A DNA stretch of 64,000 bases from assembly GCA_043228905.1 (NCBI GenBank), contig JBHGNT010000009.1, positions 1,922,001 to 1,986,000 of the forward strand. Reading direction: 5' to 3'. Shown here one piece after another: positions 44,907 through 58,794 of the stretch. A program made the position numbers and the translations under genes. Source of the DNA: Azolla caroliniana. Lineage: Eukaryota > Plantae > Polypodiophyta. Below the pieces are notes generated by a model that ran no database searches, was not told where the DNA came from, and was given only the letters and a program-made list of their open reading frames with translations. Positions within the stretch are counted from its first letter, which is position 1. Every line of letters starts with the position of its first letter.

Positions 44907-47900
44907 TGTCAGAACCAAGGATAAAAGATAAAGTGATGGAAGAGGGATATTAGAGAACACGAGAAGAAAGGAACGAAATACTAAGAGAAGAATGGATGTA
45001 TAAGATAGAGAAAGAAAGAGAATGGATACAAGATATGTAATGAGAGCTAAAGACTGGTGTTGATTCGAATTGATTTGAGAATACATGTATGCCCTTATTT
45101 ATAGGTTCCTATAGAATAGCTTAGAGATTTCTAGAATGTTCTAGAATGTTCTAGACCTAGACTGCTCTAGAACATTCTTGAATAATCTAGAGGTTTTACA
45201 ATAATCAACGTAATACAAGAAGTAGTTTTTATTGTTTCATATAACAATAAGCTATCTTAATGGTTGAGGTTTTCCAGTATGGATTACAAGGTTCGAGGTT
45301 CAAGTCCGGGTGACGCCATAATGGTCGTGTGTTCATGACATTATCCCTCTTTCGAGAACGCCGAGTGCAAGTCGGCGTTAACATTGTTGGGCCGAGCTTG
45401 TTTGGATAGTGACGATGGAAGTCGTTGACCAGAGCTTCAACATTACAAACATTATCAATGGGTTCCCAAGTGCTTCCAAAAGTGTGAGATAAATTGAGGA
45501 CCTCGATCGCTAATAATATCATTCGGGAGACCATGATGGCGAAACACTTCACGCATAATGAGATCTGTAGTTTCTTCACTATTGATGGTCTTTACACATG
45601 GTACAAAATGTGCCATCTTGGTGAACCGATCCACTACTGTGAAAAGAGTCTCAAAGCCTTTGGAAGGTGGCAGATCCGTAATGAAATCCATAGAAATAGA
45701 CTGCCATGGCTTGTTGGGAGGGGGTAATGGTTGTAATAAGCCATAAGGGTGATGACGAGGTATTTTGCCATCTTGCCACTAGAAGTGCTAATACTGTTGA
45801 GATGACCCTGGCAATGTGGAGCAAGATGGACGACTTGAACCACAATGGGCTAAGACATCCTTATCGAAATCATCTGAATGAAGTTGTTGCTGAATAGTGT
45901 CAAGAAGGGTAGAATCAAGTGGCGTGGCATAAATTGTTGTTGCCTATAGCTTTGATCGCCCGAGGAGAATTTGCTTTTGATTGTCAAAGGCCGGATCTCC
46001 AGGTCGAAGTGCTAGGTACGAACGCCGAGACAAAGCATCTGCTTTCGCTTGTTGTTTTCAGGGGCGAAAAATGATCTTGAAATCGAACCACATTAGAAAT
46101 GGGGCCCACCGAGCTTGGCATCTATTTAATACTCGAGCTGTTTGAAAATATGTGAGATTTTTGTGATCACTATAAATGATAATCTGATGAGGTGATCCTT
46201 CTAGAAAATGAGGCCATTGCTCGAATGAGTCGACCACTGCTAGTAACTCCTTGTCATGCACCTCATAGTTTATCTCCGAAACAGTAAATTTTCTCGAGTG
46301 AAACGCGACAGGATGTGTCTGCCCGTCCTCGCCTGGTTGCGATAGGATACTCCCCAATGCAAAGTCTGATGCATCTGCCTCAATAGTAAATGGCTTTTCA
46401 AGATCAATATGTGCTACGATGGGTGCTGATGTGAATGCCTCTTTCAGTTGCGTAAAAGCCTTGTCCGCTTCGATACTCCAAAAAAATTCTTGATTTTTCT
46501 TGGTGAGTTGAGTAAGGGGCAACACAATGCTTGAATAATTATGTATGAATTTGCGATAGAAGTTCGCAAATCCGAGGAAACACTGGACATCCCGAACTGA
46601 GCATGGGGGTTTCCATTCCAATATTGTTTGGACTTTTGCCGGGTCCATGAAAACACCATGGGATGAAATAGTGTATCCCAAAAATTCGACTTGTTTGCAA
46701 TTAAAACTGCATTTCTCAAGTTTGGCATAAAGACCATACTTCCTTAGGCATTCAAGTACTTGCCGCACAGGTATATCATGCTCCCCTTGTGTTTTAGAGT
46801 AAATCAACAGATCATCTAGGTAGATGATTAGAAAAATATCCAAGAAATCCCGGAAGATGTCATTTGCCATATGTTAGAATACTGCAGGTGCATTTGTGAG
46901 CCCGAAAGGCATGACTGTATACTCGAAATGACCATACCGAGTACGAAATGTTGTTTTCCACTCATCTCTCGGCCGAATTCGAACAAGATTATATGCACCC
47001 CTTAGATTAATTTTGGTAAAATACTTTGCCCCACCAATGCGTTCTAAGAGATTGGAGATTAAAGGTAAAGCATACCTATTCCTTATGGTGACATTATTTA
47101 AGCCTCGATAGTCCACGACCAAACGAAGGGAGCCATCCTTTTTCTTCACAAAAAAGATAGGAGCACCAACTGGAGACATTGAATGTCGAATAAACCCATG
47201 TGCAAGATTTTCCTCGATGTATTCTCGAAGAACCTCAAGCTCAGTGGATGATAAATTGCAAATCGGACCCCATGGTGGCTCTTTTTCTGGTTGGAGATCA
47301 ATTGGACAGTCGTACGGTCGATGCTTTGGAAGAACACTAGCTTTGACTTTGTCGAAAACATCAGCATAGTCTTGATATTTTTTGGGAATTTGGATGTCTG
47401 AATACCCTTGAGTGACACTAGAAGGTGTCACTAATACTGCAAATAAGAAAAGCTCCTCCTTGCCTCCCACTTGGCACAATTGTTGCAATGTGATGGCTGA
47501 AATTTGATGAGAAGGATATGGTGCATCGGCAAAACTATATACTTTAGGAGGATAATCCCGAGTTCGATCCTTGACAATGATATTTTCTACTAAAGGGCAC
47601 CTAATTTCTCGCTACCTCCAATCAATTCTAGGGTTATGTAGCTCGAACCATGGCAAACCGAGGACAATTGGATGCTCAGGACTACGGATTATGTTAAAGG
47701 AAACTACACATCCTAAATCACCCAAGAGTATGTGTATTGGCTCAGACTCTTCAAATATCTTCCCGGAAGCTATGGGGCGTCCATCAATCACTACTATGGA
47801 AACTAGACAAGGAAGTGTATGCAAGGATATTTGGGTTTTTTGGGCAAAATCTCTATCCATGAAACAAGAATTGGCTCCAGTATCTAAGAGGGCTTGGACT

Positions 47901-48237
47901 TGAAGTTGACAACTGGGTGTCCTAACTTGTACTAGGGCTGAGAAGACTCTACTAACATGCTTGGAAGAAATGGAACCCACACTAGGTTGTACATATCTAG
48001 GGTTGTCCAACCAAATGGCTCCTATTTTGGCCGGACTTATTCGTTTGAATCCTCTTCTAATTGGCTTAGGACTTCATATTTATTGGACAAGGGTGGATTA
48101 TTCATAATATTAGATTCACTAACTGCTTCTAAAATGTTGGACTCATTTTTATTGTCATAGTGAATTTCATTTACCTGACGTCTCGGCCTACAGGAGCAAT
48201 GAATGGCTATATGTCCTGGACCTCCGCAATATAAGCA
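44907..48237 (-). mobile_element. Family A copy 2 (3' LTR 44907-45340; deleted integrase; RH-RT-PR; gag end)
   Basis: ORFs 46058-46870, 46874-47488 and 47612-48010 are near-identical to A1; PPT at 45341-45350. Confidence 0.92.
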
Positions 48238-50869
48238 GTTTTGAAAAAGTACTTGAACGCCTAAGGAAGTATGGTCTCTATGCCAAACTTGAGAAATGCA
48301 GTTTTGATTCCAAACAAGTCGATATTTTGGGATACACTATTTCATCCCAGGGTGTTTTCATGGACCCGACAAAAGTCCAAACAATATTGGAATGGAAACC
48401 CCCATGCTCAGTTCGGGATGTCTAGTGTTTCCTCGGATTTGCGAACTTCTCTCGCAAATTCATACATAATTATTCAAGCATTGTGTTGCCCCTTAGTCAA
48501 CTCACCAAGAAAAATCAAGCATTTTTTTGAAGTATCGAAGCGGACAAGGCTTTTACGCAACTGAAAGAGGCATTCACATCAGCGCCCATCATAGCACATA
48601 TTGATCCTGAATAGCCATTTACTATTGAGGCGGATGCATCAGACTTTGCATTGGGGAGTATCCTATCGCAACCAGGCGAGGACGGGCAGACACATCCAGT
48701 CGCGTTTCACTCGAGAAAATTTACTGTTTCGGAGATAAACTATGAGGTGCATTACAAGGAGTTACTAGCTCTGGTTGACTCATTCGAGCAATGGTGTCAT
48801 TTTCTAGAAGGATCACCGCATCAGATTATCATTTATAGTGATCATAAAAATCTCACATATTTTCAAACAGCTCGAGTATTAAATTGACGACAAGTTCGGT
48901 GGGCCCAAGTTCTAACGCGATTCTATTTCAAGATAAATTTCCGCCCCGGAAAACAACAAGGGAAAGCATATGCTCTGTCTCGGTGTTCGTATCTAGCACT
49001 TCGACCTGGAGATCCGGCCTTTGACAATCAAAAGCAAATTCTCCTCGGGCGATCAAAGCTATAGGTAACAACAATTTATGCCACGCCACTTGATTCTACC
49101 CTTCTTGACACTATTCGGCAACAACTTCATTCGGATGATTTTGCTAAGGATGCCTTAGCCCACTGTGGTTCAAGTCGTCCATCTTGCTCCACATTGCCAG
49201 GGTCATCTCAACATTATCAGGACTTCAAGTGCCAAGATGGCTTACTCTTCTACAAGAATCTCCTTTACGTCCCCGACGGATCACCCCGACTTCAAGTGTT
49301 GGAACATTGTCATGATGCCCCCACGGCTGGACATTTTGGTATTTCCAAGACCATTGAGCTGGTGAAACGTTCGTTTTGGTGGCCTCACTTGCAAACATTT
49401 GTCGAAGATTATGTTCGCACTTGTGACACCTGTTGTCGCACCAAAATACCCTGGCATCACCCTTATCGCTTACTTCAACCATTACCCCCTCCCAACAATC
49501 CATGGCAATCTATTTCTATGGATTTCATTACGGATCTGCCACCTTCCAAAGGCTTTGATACTATTTTAACAGTAGTGGATCGGTTCACCAAGATGGCACA
49601 TTTTGTACCATGTTTAAAGACCATCAATAGTGAAGAAACTGCAGATCTCATTATGCGTGAAGTGGTTTGCTATCATGGTCTCCCGAATGATATTATTAGC
49701 GATCGAGCTCCTCAATTTATCTCACACTTTTGGAAGCACCTATGGGCAGGCCTCAAAATCTCTTGCAAACTCTCTTCGGCTTATCATCCACAAACAGACG
49801 GACAAACAGAGCGCACAAATCAAATGCTCGAGCAATATCTTTGATGTTTCATTAGTTATCAACAAGATGATTGGAGTAATATTTTACATCTTACCGAGTT
49901 TGCATACAACAACACGGTCCACTCTTCTACCAAAGTTACACCTTTCTTTGCCTACACCGGCAACCACCCTCGATGGTGTATACTAGATCTTCCTGAGGTG
50001 TCACGAAACCCTAGTGCGGCGCATCACCTCCACCGCCTATAACAAATCTAGTTCGAGTTATCGTCACATCTTCAGAAAGCGCAAGCACACCATAAGACCA
50101 ATGCCGATCGACATCGTCTTAAGTCTCCGTTTAAGGTTGGTGACCGTGTATGGTTGCTTCGTCGTCACATCAAGACTACCCGACCGTGTGCTAAGCTTGA
50201 CTATCAACGCTTAGGTCCTTTTGTCATCACGACGCAGATTAATGATGCAACATTTCGTCTTAACCTTCCTCCACATATGCGGCTTCACCCTGTCTTTCAT
50301 AGCTCTCTTTTGGAACCTTGCCGCACCTCTTTAATTCCTAATCGTGTCGTGCCACCACCGCCTTCTGTACAACTTGTGGACGGCCCCGAATACGAGGTAG
50401 CTGCTATTCTCGATTCTAAGATTGTCCGCAATAAGCTTTATTATCTAGTTGATTGGCTTGGCTATCCTCCGAGTGATCGCACTTGGGAACCCATCGATAA
50501 CATTTGTAATGTTGAAGCTTTGGTCAACAACTTCCATCGTCACTATCTAAACAAGCCCAACAATGTTAACGCCGACTTCCACTCGGCGTTCTCGAAGGAG
50601 GGATAGTGTCATGTACATATGACCATTATGGCGTCACTCGGACTTGAACCTCGAACCTTGTAATCCATACTTGAAAACCTCAACCATTAAGATAGCTTAT
50701 TGTTATATGAAACAATAAAAGCTACTTCTTGTATTACATTGATGTTCTATAATGTCCTAGATCATTCTAGGTCTAGAACATTCTAGAACATTCTAGAAAT
50801 CTCTAAGCTATTCTATAGGAACCTATTAATAAGGCCATACATGTATTCTCAAATCAATTCGAATCAAAT
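48238..50869 (+). mobile_element. Family A copy 3, 3' half in inverted orientation (RT end-RH-INT-chromodomain-PPT-U3)
   Basis: ORFs 48651-48887, 49194-49844 and 50154-50606; LTR starts at 50607. Confidence 0.9.
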
Positions 50870-51522
50870 TGTCAGAACCATGGATAAAAGATAGAGTGAT
50901 GGAAGAAGGATATTAGAGAACGCGAGAAGAAAGGAACCAAATTCTAAGAGAAGAATGGATGTATAAGATAGAGAAAGAAAGAGAATGGATACAAGATATG
51001 TAATGAGAGCTAAAGACTGGTGTTGATTCGAATTGATTTGAGAATACATGTATGGCCTTATTTATAGGTTCCTATAGAATAGCTTAGAGATTTCTAGAAT
51101 GTTCTAGACCTAGAATGATCTAGGACATTCTAGAACATTCTAGAATAATCTAGAGTTTTTACAATAATCAATGTAATACAAGAAGTAGCTTTTATTGTTT
51201 CATATAACAATAAGCTATCTTAATGCCTTGGTTCTGACAGTTTGATTCGAATTGATTTGAGAATACATGTATGCCCTTATTTATAGGTTCCTATAGAATA
51301 GCTTAGAGATTTCTAGAATGTTCTAGACCTAGAATGCTCTAGGACATTCTAGAACATTCTAGAATAATCTAGAGGTTTTACAATAATCAATGTAATATAA
51401 GAAGTAGCTTTTATTGTTTCATATAACAATAAGCTATCTTAATGGTTGAGGTTTTCAAGTATGGATTACAAGGTTCGAGGTTCAAGTCCAGGTGACACCA
51501 TAATGGTCATGTGTTCATGACA
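50607..51522. repeat. Cluster of family A LTR pieces in mixed orientation
   Basis: U3(+) at 50607-50867; inverted LTR at 50870-51225; U5 end plus inverted U3 at 51226-51522. Confidence 0.85.
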
Positions 51523-51573
51523 ATATTGGCACAACGGGAACGTGAACAGGCTAACAAACATCCTAATTAGTGA

Positions 51574-54500
51574 TTGATGAAAATAGTCACATGGAATGTA
51601 ATGGGAATTTGTTCTTCATCTAAGCAATATGGTATGTGGAAAACTATTTTTATTAGTCGATGGGATGTATTATGTGCAGTAAAACATAAGGAGCATGCTA
51701 AGTCTAGGTTTTCTATTCACTATAAACAATATCATGTGTTTTATGCCGGAGTCATTGGAGTGTTGTCTTCAGGCATAACGCTTATTGTAAGGGACAACTT
51801 GAAACCAATCGTGGTTCAAAGAAATGATAATGGTCGATTCTTGGTGGTTGAAGTTAATTATGAAGGGAATAAGATTTGGGTGGTAGGTATTTATGCAGCA
51901 AATGTTGCAGGGCAACGTATCAATCTTTGGAGAGGTTTACATCAAGTTTTATGTCATGGAAGAGCAAGTTTTTTGTTGGGTGATTTTAATATGCGTTCTG
52001 AGGTGGGTCAATCTACTTCGATGCATGGTCTCATAGATGCTCCTGAACGAGAGGTTTGGGATTTGTTTATGATGGAGGTCGTAAGGTATGATGCATGGAC
52101 TTGGATCAATGGACATGATGTTGGTTATACATTTCAATTTGCACAATATAGATCAACTTGGAGTAGATTGGATCGAATTTCCATTATGCATGATGAGACA
52201 TTCTTGCCATCACTTATGACTATGCAAGTGTATAGGGGGATTGGATTATCAGATCACTTCCCGGTTGTGTTAGAATGCACACATCAAACTATGGATGATT
52301 TTAAATCGTTATTGGGAAAACAACCATTGCGGTTTACTTCATCTTTTCTTGGACATAATAACTTTAAACATGCTATGGGACAATTGGTGGGAGAGTTTAC
52401 TAGACAAGTCAATGTTCATTGTCTTTCGTCATGGGATGTTTGTCTCTCTAATATTCAACGCTTTACACTATATTATGGAATTCATCAAGCATCCATCCGT
52501 AAACAAAAGATGAGTTTAATCCAACAATTTCTAGACACATTGTAATGCATTGTTGGTGAAATCTCCATTTGATGATGTGTTGTTGGATATTCAAGAGGCA
52601 TTGTCACACACTTTACAAGTGTTAGATGTTTGTACTTATCAACAATCACGGGTGATGGCTATGAAAAATGAAGTACATGATCACAACTGTCATTCACATA
52701 AGTTTTTCCATGGGTTGCATGCATCTCATGCTAGGATGAATGTGGTATGTGTAGAGATTGATGGAATGTTAAATACAAACCCACAAGTGATTATTGATGA
52801 GTGTGTTAAACATTTCAAGAATCTTTTTGGGCAAGAAAGTAATCTAAATTATGACATAACACAAGCGAGATCAATGTTCTTTAACTCAGTTACAACGATT
52901 GGTGGGCAACATGTCATGTTGGCCTTGGAGGAGGATATACAGGAGGAGGAGGAGGTCGAATGTGTATTGTCATATCTCTTAGTTGATAAAAATCCAGGTT
53001 GGGATGACATTACGAATGAGTTTTTTAAAGCATTTGTACAACAACTCAAAGGACCTCTAACAATGTTATTCCAAGAAGTGTGGAGTTCTTGTAAAATGCC
53101 TAATTCATGGAAAATAGGATTGGTTAAGCTTATACCAAAAGTTGCATCTCCTATGTCTTTTGCTCAATGGAGACCAATATCATTAATGGGTGTGGGTTGT
53201 ATAAGATTTTTGCCTAAGTAATTGCAAATAGACTTCAAAAGGTATTGTCGTCTGTGGTTCATCCAATGCAATATGGGTTTATTAAGGGAAGGGATATCTT
53301 GCATAATATTTTGAATGTGCAAATGGTAGTGGATTATGCAAAAGAATCCAAACAAATTGTAATGATACAACTAGATATCGAGAAGGCATATAATCATGTA
53401 AGTTGGTCTTTTATTACTCAACTCTTGTCCCATATGGGTTTTGGGGAAAGGATGTCTCGCGTCCCCTTGTTGGTGGGATTAGGTGCAGTGTCACACATTA
53501 TGTTAAATGGTAGCGTGACTAAGGCAATACCATTGGCAATATCACTTCGACAAGGACGCCCATTGAGTCCATTGTTATTTGCAATTGCTACACACCCGAT
53601 TTTGGTGAAGATGCATGAGTTGGCAACATGTGGGGAAATAGTTGGACTAGCTCTGCCATAAGGAAAACAATTGATAGCTCAAGCATTGGCTAATGATTCG
53701 CTCTTATTTCTCAAAGCGGTACCTGATAATATAGCAAAAGCCATGGAGGTGTGGAATGTGTTTGCATTAGCGTCAGGATTAAATATAAATATGTGAAAGT
53801 CGATGCTCATTAGATGCATTGAGAGTGATTTGGTTGATCTTGGATGGTGTTGCCAAATATTGGATCAAGGCAATGTGTGTCGGCACTTAGGTTACCCTAC
53901 TACTGTTGATATCTCAACGTCTCAAAGTTTGAATTGGATATCGAGGACCATTTTTGACAAATTTATGTATTGGAAGTATCAAGCATGGACGTTGAGTACT
54001 TGTCTCAAAATGGTACAAGCTATAATGATTCCAATGATTTCTTATTTTTTGCCATTATTACCTTGGACAAAGAAAACACTTGATCAATTAGCTCATTCAC
54101 TTAAAAATACATTGTGGAAGAAAGAATCAAGACTAGGTATGAGTTGGGTATCATGGAACAATATCTGTACTCCAAAACGGTTAGGGGGAGTTGCATTACT
54201 AAATTTGGAGGATCATATGGTGGCTCGAAGATTCAATCTGTTGAAAGGTATGTGCATAGGTACCCGACCTTGGGCAGAAATAATTCGTTATTTTGTGGAA
54301 AAGGTTGGTATATATTATGGGAAAACCAGAATTACAACATCGTGGTGGCATGTTGTTAATAGTACCTATGCATTTAAATGTTCAAAATCTATTATGGTCC
54401 AACAATTAGTACTTTCTTGGCAACGATGCTCAAAATTATTTCATTGGAGCCCCCCTGAGTGTAGAAAAGATATTAATTCCTTGGCAGCTGAGGTTTTGGC

Positions 54501-56159
54501 ATCTTCAAGGATAATACATTGGGATGGAAAAGAAAGCCTAAATACACAATTAAATCGAATGGCCAAGCTAGGATTGGTAACAGTGGAAGATTTTATATTA
54601 GAGTCATGTAGGAAAATGATTTCCTTTTGGACAGTTAGAAATAAGTTTCATATACCACGTGGATATGGGTATATTTGGGTATCAATATTGGCATTGCCTA
54701 GATTAGTTTTCCTGCTTCTAGAGTTGGTGGTTGCGGACCAAGGTTGTTAGGTACGGTACGGATACCATACGTATATAACGTATTAATACCCGTATAGTAC
54801 CTCCCAATTTAAAAATACGTTTTCTTAATATGTTAAATACTTATAAAATACGTATTTTATGTATAGTACGTTAAATACTTCTAGAATTTGAAAATTATTT
54901 ACCTTTCTAAAAAATATCTATAATATTATAAAAAACATCTATGTTTACACAATTTTGTGATGTACAATATAGTTCTACATCCTAAAATGCATATAAGACA
55001 TTTGAACATTTCACATCCTAAAATACTTGTAGTAATATGGATGTTGACATTTCCTTATTCTATAAATTAGTGTAACTGTGTATCACGATGTTCTACTTCA
55101 AATTGTAATTATTTACAATTATGCCTTCATAGATTGAGGAATCATCTACAATAATCACACTCATGATAGGTTTCTCTTTTCTTCGTTTTCTTCTTCTTCT
55201 TCTTCTATCTTCTACGATTATCACACTTAGAGTTAGGACAGGTTTATGTCTTCTTTTCTCTCTTCTTCTTCTTCTTCTTCTTCTTCTTCATCATCATCTT
55301 CTTCATCGTCGTCTCTTCTACTCTTCTTTCTTCCTTCCTTTGGCTTCTTTTTCACTAATTTTTTTTTTCTTTTGGTTTTTGTTGGGGTTTTACTTACATT
55401 TTCTTTATAAATACGTATTATACCTGTTTTTTTATAACTACGTTAAATACCGTATTGGACAAATGTACATAATATTTGACTAAACAACATTGAGGTATAG
55501 TACGTACTATACAAATGATGAGGTACTATACGTATTTAAATGTTAAATACAGGTACTTAAACAACCATGTTGCAGACACATGGAAAGATTGGTCATTTGG
55601 TATTGGACAATCAATTTTTGTGGTGAACACTAATGATGTATACCATATGTTGGTTGAAGATAGAGTTGTGTTAGCAACTAAGGTTGTAGACACATGGTAC
55701 ATTACTCGACATGCAAAGTGGTGCCATAGAGTTTTGGATGCAGGATGGCAGTCTCATCTTTCGTTCCATGCTAAGGTGTTTCTTTGGCATGTGATTGTTG
55801 GTGGGTTGCCTTTGGCGATGGCTTTAAAACGTAGACATATTTCAAATGGGACATGTTTTTTTTGCACGGTGGTTGAAGAAGATGCCAAACATAGGTTCAT
55901 TACATGTCCGGTTGCTAAAGCCATTTGGGTTGTTATATCATAAATTTGGGCATTGATAACATGCAATATTCTGTCACCTTTTAACTGGGTTTCTATTGAT
56001 GACGATAAAGGCATGACTGCACCATCATATAAGGTCGTGTTTGATTACCTTAGGTATTGGGGGATGTTATTTAATTGGACCATGAGAAATGGGTTCTTGT
56101 TTGATGGACTTCATGGGATAACACAACAACACCATAGGATGAAAGGGAAGTTGATGTGA
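51574..56159 (+). mobile_element. L1-clade LINE ORF2 (APE endonuclease-RT-zinc finger), degenerate
   Basis: IVTWNV, GDFN, SRLDR, SDH; WRPISL, DIEKAY, LRQG.PLSP; C-terminal CFFC..EDAKH..C. Confidence 0.92.
54739..55569. mobile_element. hAT-type non-autonomous DNA transposon (MITE) inserted in the LINE
   Basis: TIRs CAAGGTTGTT and AACAACCATG; 8-bp TSD TTGCGGAC/TTGCAGAC; removal rejoins the LINE frame (VVAD-TWKDW). Confidence 0.85.
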
Positions 56160-56379
56160 CAATTTTCGCAACTATGTTGTTTGGGGGCATTGTCCCAAGA
56201 CGAGATAGTTGTATGTCAACTAGTTTTGCAACACTTGAGAGGGTTTCCCATGCATTATCGCTATTCATGATGTAATGAAGATAACAAGGGTCGTATTATC
56301 ATCTTGTTTTAATCACAAACATTCATTTACAGAGAGAGAGAGAGAGAGAGAGATTATATTATCTTCTTCGGAGGTCAAA

Positions 56380-58130
56380 TATGACATATGAGACCAAAAA
56401 TATTACATTTCACGTGATACATGTGAAAGTGAGTAGTGACTCTAGATGTTCAAGAACTTTACCAAGGAATGTTGCAATCGAGAGTGCACATTGTGGTTGT
56501 GAGAGTAATTCATGCAAGGATTGGGCTCGATCGAAGAGATGTGGAAAGCATGGTCGAAAATGACCAAAGGTAGAGCATTGTACCAAAATGTGATACTCAG
56601 ATTTGCGAACTTGTTTAGGGAAAAGTGTGCATAGCCGACCACTCTCATCACTTGTGCCCCAACGCCCTATCTCACATCGCAATGCATGTGAACTAAGTCA
56701 CATGGAAGCAATGGTTCGAATGGAAAATAACGGTATGGGCTCTAACATGTATCGATGTGTACAATTTCCCCGTTCCACAAAGAATATGGTTTTGTAGTTA
56801 GGTGCAACATGTGTAGGATAATGTGTGAAGCGTGAGCCTCCACATTTGTCCCATGTCATGATACATTGGCGTTGCAAAAGGCCTCATTTATAGAGGAATC
56901 TAAATTATGATGTTGATTATGAAGCAAGTGTCTCACATCCCATCTACCAAACCAATTTTCTATATCTTGCATCCAACCAGAACACAAAATTTTGCTTTTA
57001 TGCGTCTTTTGGATCTTTTTGGTTGCTTCCCATGCAATTCTAGGAAGTCAATGTGAGGGACTTTTTTCAACCCTAAGCATGTATTCAACAACCCTTTCCA
57101 TGGTCATGATCTCAATAGGAAGCGATCCCCTCTCAAGGAGGAGGAGGGTGTAGGGCGTTTGTTTCTTAACTTGATTCCCTAGTTGAACAATTGATTCTAT
57201 CAATTTGATTCCGAAGCCAATTTCAAGATGTCGATCACAAATTTTGTGTTGATTATCCAAGCCGATCCTACTTCAAGTGTCTGCAACGATGAGAGGGACA
57301 AAGCCAACTAGTCCTCCCAAATGTCGTTCAGCTGAATGAAGCACGGATTGAGGTTGTTCCCTGGGGCTATATTTGCTTTGAGAGGTTACACCAAATGAGT
57401 AGATAGTGCTAACTTGGTAAAGCACTATCGAGGCCGATTTGACGAAGATTCCACTCGGAGCGGTTGCAATCACGGAAGTAGGGTACTGCCGGTTGGCTTA
57501 CCTTAAGAGTGATGACGGCTAGCAGTGGGTTGAAGAACCACTGCTCTGATACCAAATGTTAGGAGCTAAGACACCCAATGCGGAAACATTAACAACACTT
57601 TGAGGTGCAGATCACTGAGTTAGCAAGTAAAGGTAAGATCAAGAATACAGAATGAGAAAGAGGGATCGATAGGCAGAGAGGCACACAAGATGTAACTGTA
57701 TAATTATTCAAACTCTGAGTTACGATACAATGGAGGCAACAACTCTCTAACGATAGAAACCCTCACAAACTAGGTTACAAAGCCCATTATATACTAACTG
57801 GGCTAGGGCAACTGCCCTTTCTTGCCTCTAAGTGGCATGTAGCACATTCGTTCCATCTATGATTTTGAAGTAACTTCAAGGCCAAGATATTTGAAGTTTT
57901 CCACACATTCAAGTGGCTCATTATTGTACATAGTGCATGACTTATCTTTTTTTGGCTCTTCACAAGCATAATCTTTGTTTTAGAGTTATTGACACTTAAT
58001 TTAGTATGTATGCAAATTTTTTCAAATGTCTTCATAAGCTTTTATGCATCTCCTAAAGTATAGTAGAAGCATAATGACAACATTCCCAATGGTGACTTCT
58101 TCAACACTGTCTTCCTTTACAAACTTGGCA
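56380..58130 (-). mobile_element. Degraded non-LTR retrotransposon (RTE-like), interrupted
   Basis: LRCEIGRW...RLCTL...EYHILVQC C-terminal motif and KLSVNNSKTKIM RT motif; flanked by (GA)n. Confidence 0.6.
57186..57820 (-). mobile_element. LTR retrotransposon 5' fragment (LTR remnant, tRNA-iMet PBS and leader)
   Basis: GCTCTGATACCA at 57543-57554 is adjacent to the TGTTAGG LTR end at 57557. Confidence 0.65.
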
Positions 58131-58184
58131 ACCATTTCTCTAAGAGAGAGAAAGAGAAAGAGAGAGGTTGTAGAAGCTGCAGCT

Positions 58185-58520
58185 ATGGTGTTTGCCAAGA
58201 AGACAAAAAAGGCTCAAGAAAGCATCAATAACAAGCTTGCACTTGTTGTGAAGAGTGGGAAATTTACTTTGGGATACAAGAACACTTTAAAGTCTCTTCG
58301 TGGTGGCAAAGGTAAACTCATCACTATAGCCAGCAACTGACCCCCGTTGAGGAAATCAAAGATTGAATACTATGCAATGTTCTCGAAAACTGGAGTTCAC
58401 CATTACACTAGAAAGAACGTGGATCTAGGCACTACTTGTGGGAAGTATTATAGAGTGTGTTGCTTAAGCATCACTGACCCTGGTGATTCTGACATCATCA
58501 AGACGATGCCAACCGAGTAG
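58185..58520 (+). pseudogene. RPL30: Processed pseudogene of 60S ribosomal protein L30
   Basis: [26 protein letters not shown]...[17 protein letters not shown]...[10 protein letters not shown]; intronless, with a premature TGA at 58338. Confidence 0.95.
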
Positions 58521-58725
58521 AAAGCCTTTTTTTTATATGGTGTTATAGAGTTTTGTTAGGAAACAAATTTGTCGTGTTTCCTCGATGATATAACTGAAAA
58601 TGAATTTGTATCGCTTACAATGGAGATATGTTGTATGGATGAGTTCTCAATTCAACGTCTCTGGTTTGTTGCTTTAAATGATATTTTAATTACCGAGAGA
58701 GAGAGAAAGAGAGAGAAGCTCAGAT

Positions 58726-58794
58726 GGATGTAGCTCAGTTGGTAAGGTTGCCCAATGGAGACCAGGTGGTCATGGGTTCAACCCCTACATTCCA
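58726..58794 (+). other. tRNA-like / SINE-head sequence
   Basis: A box TAGCTCAGTTGG, B box GGGTTCAACCC, terminal pairing GGATGTAG/CTACATTCC; no clear anticodon arm. Confidence 0.55.

Noticed and set aside
55163-55483. Hydrophobic 106-aa ORF
   Set aside because: Translation of (CTT)n low-complexity sequence inside the MITE.
58044-58340. 98-aa ORF as a functional gene
   Set aside because: It is a chance upstream extension of the RPL30 retrocopy that ends at the premature stop.
58726-58794. Functional tRNA gene
   Set aside because: No convincing anticodon stem-loop; treated as tRNA-derived.
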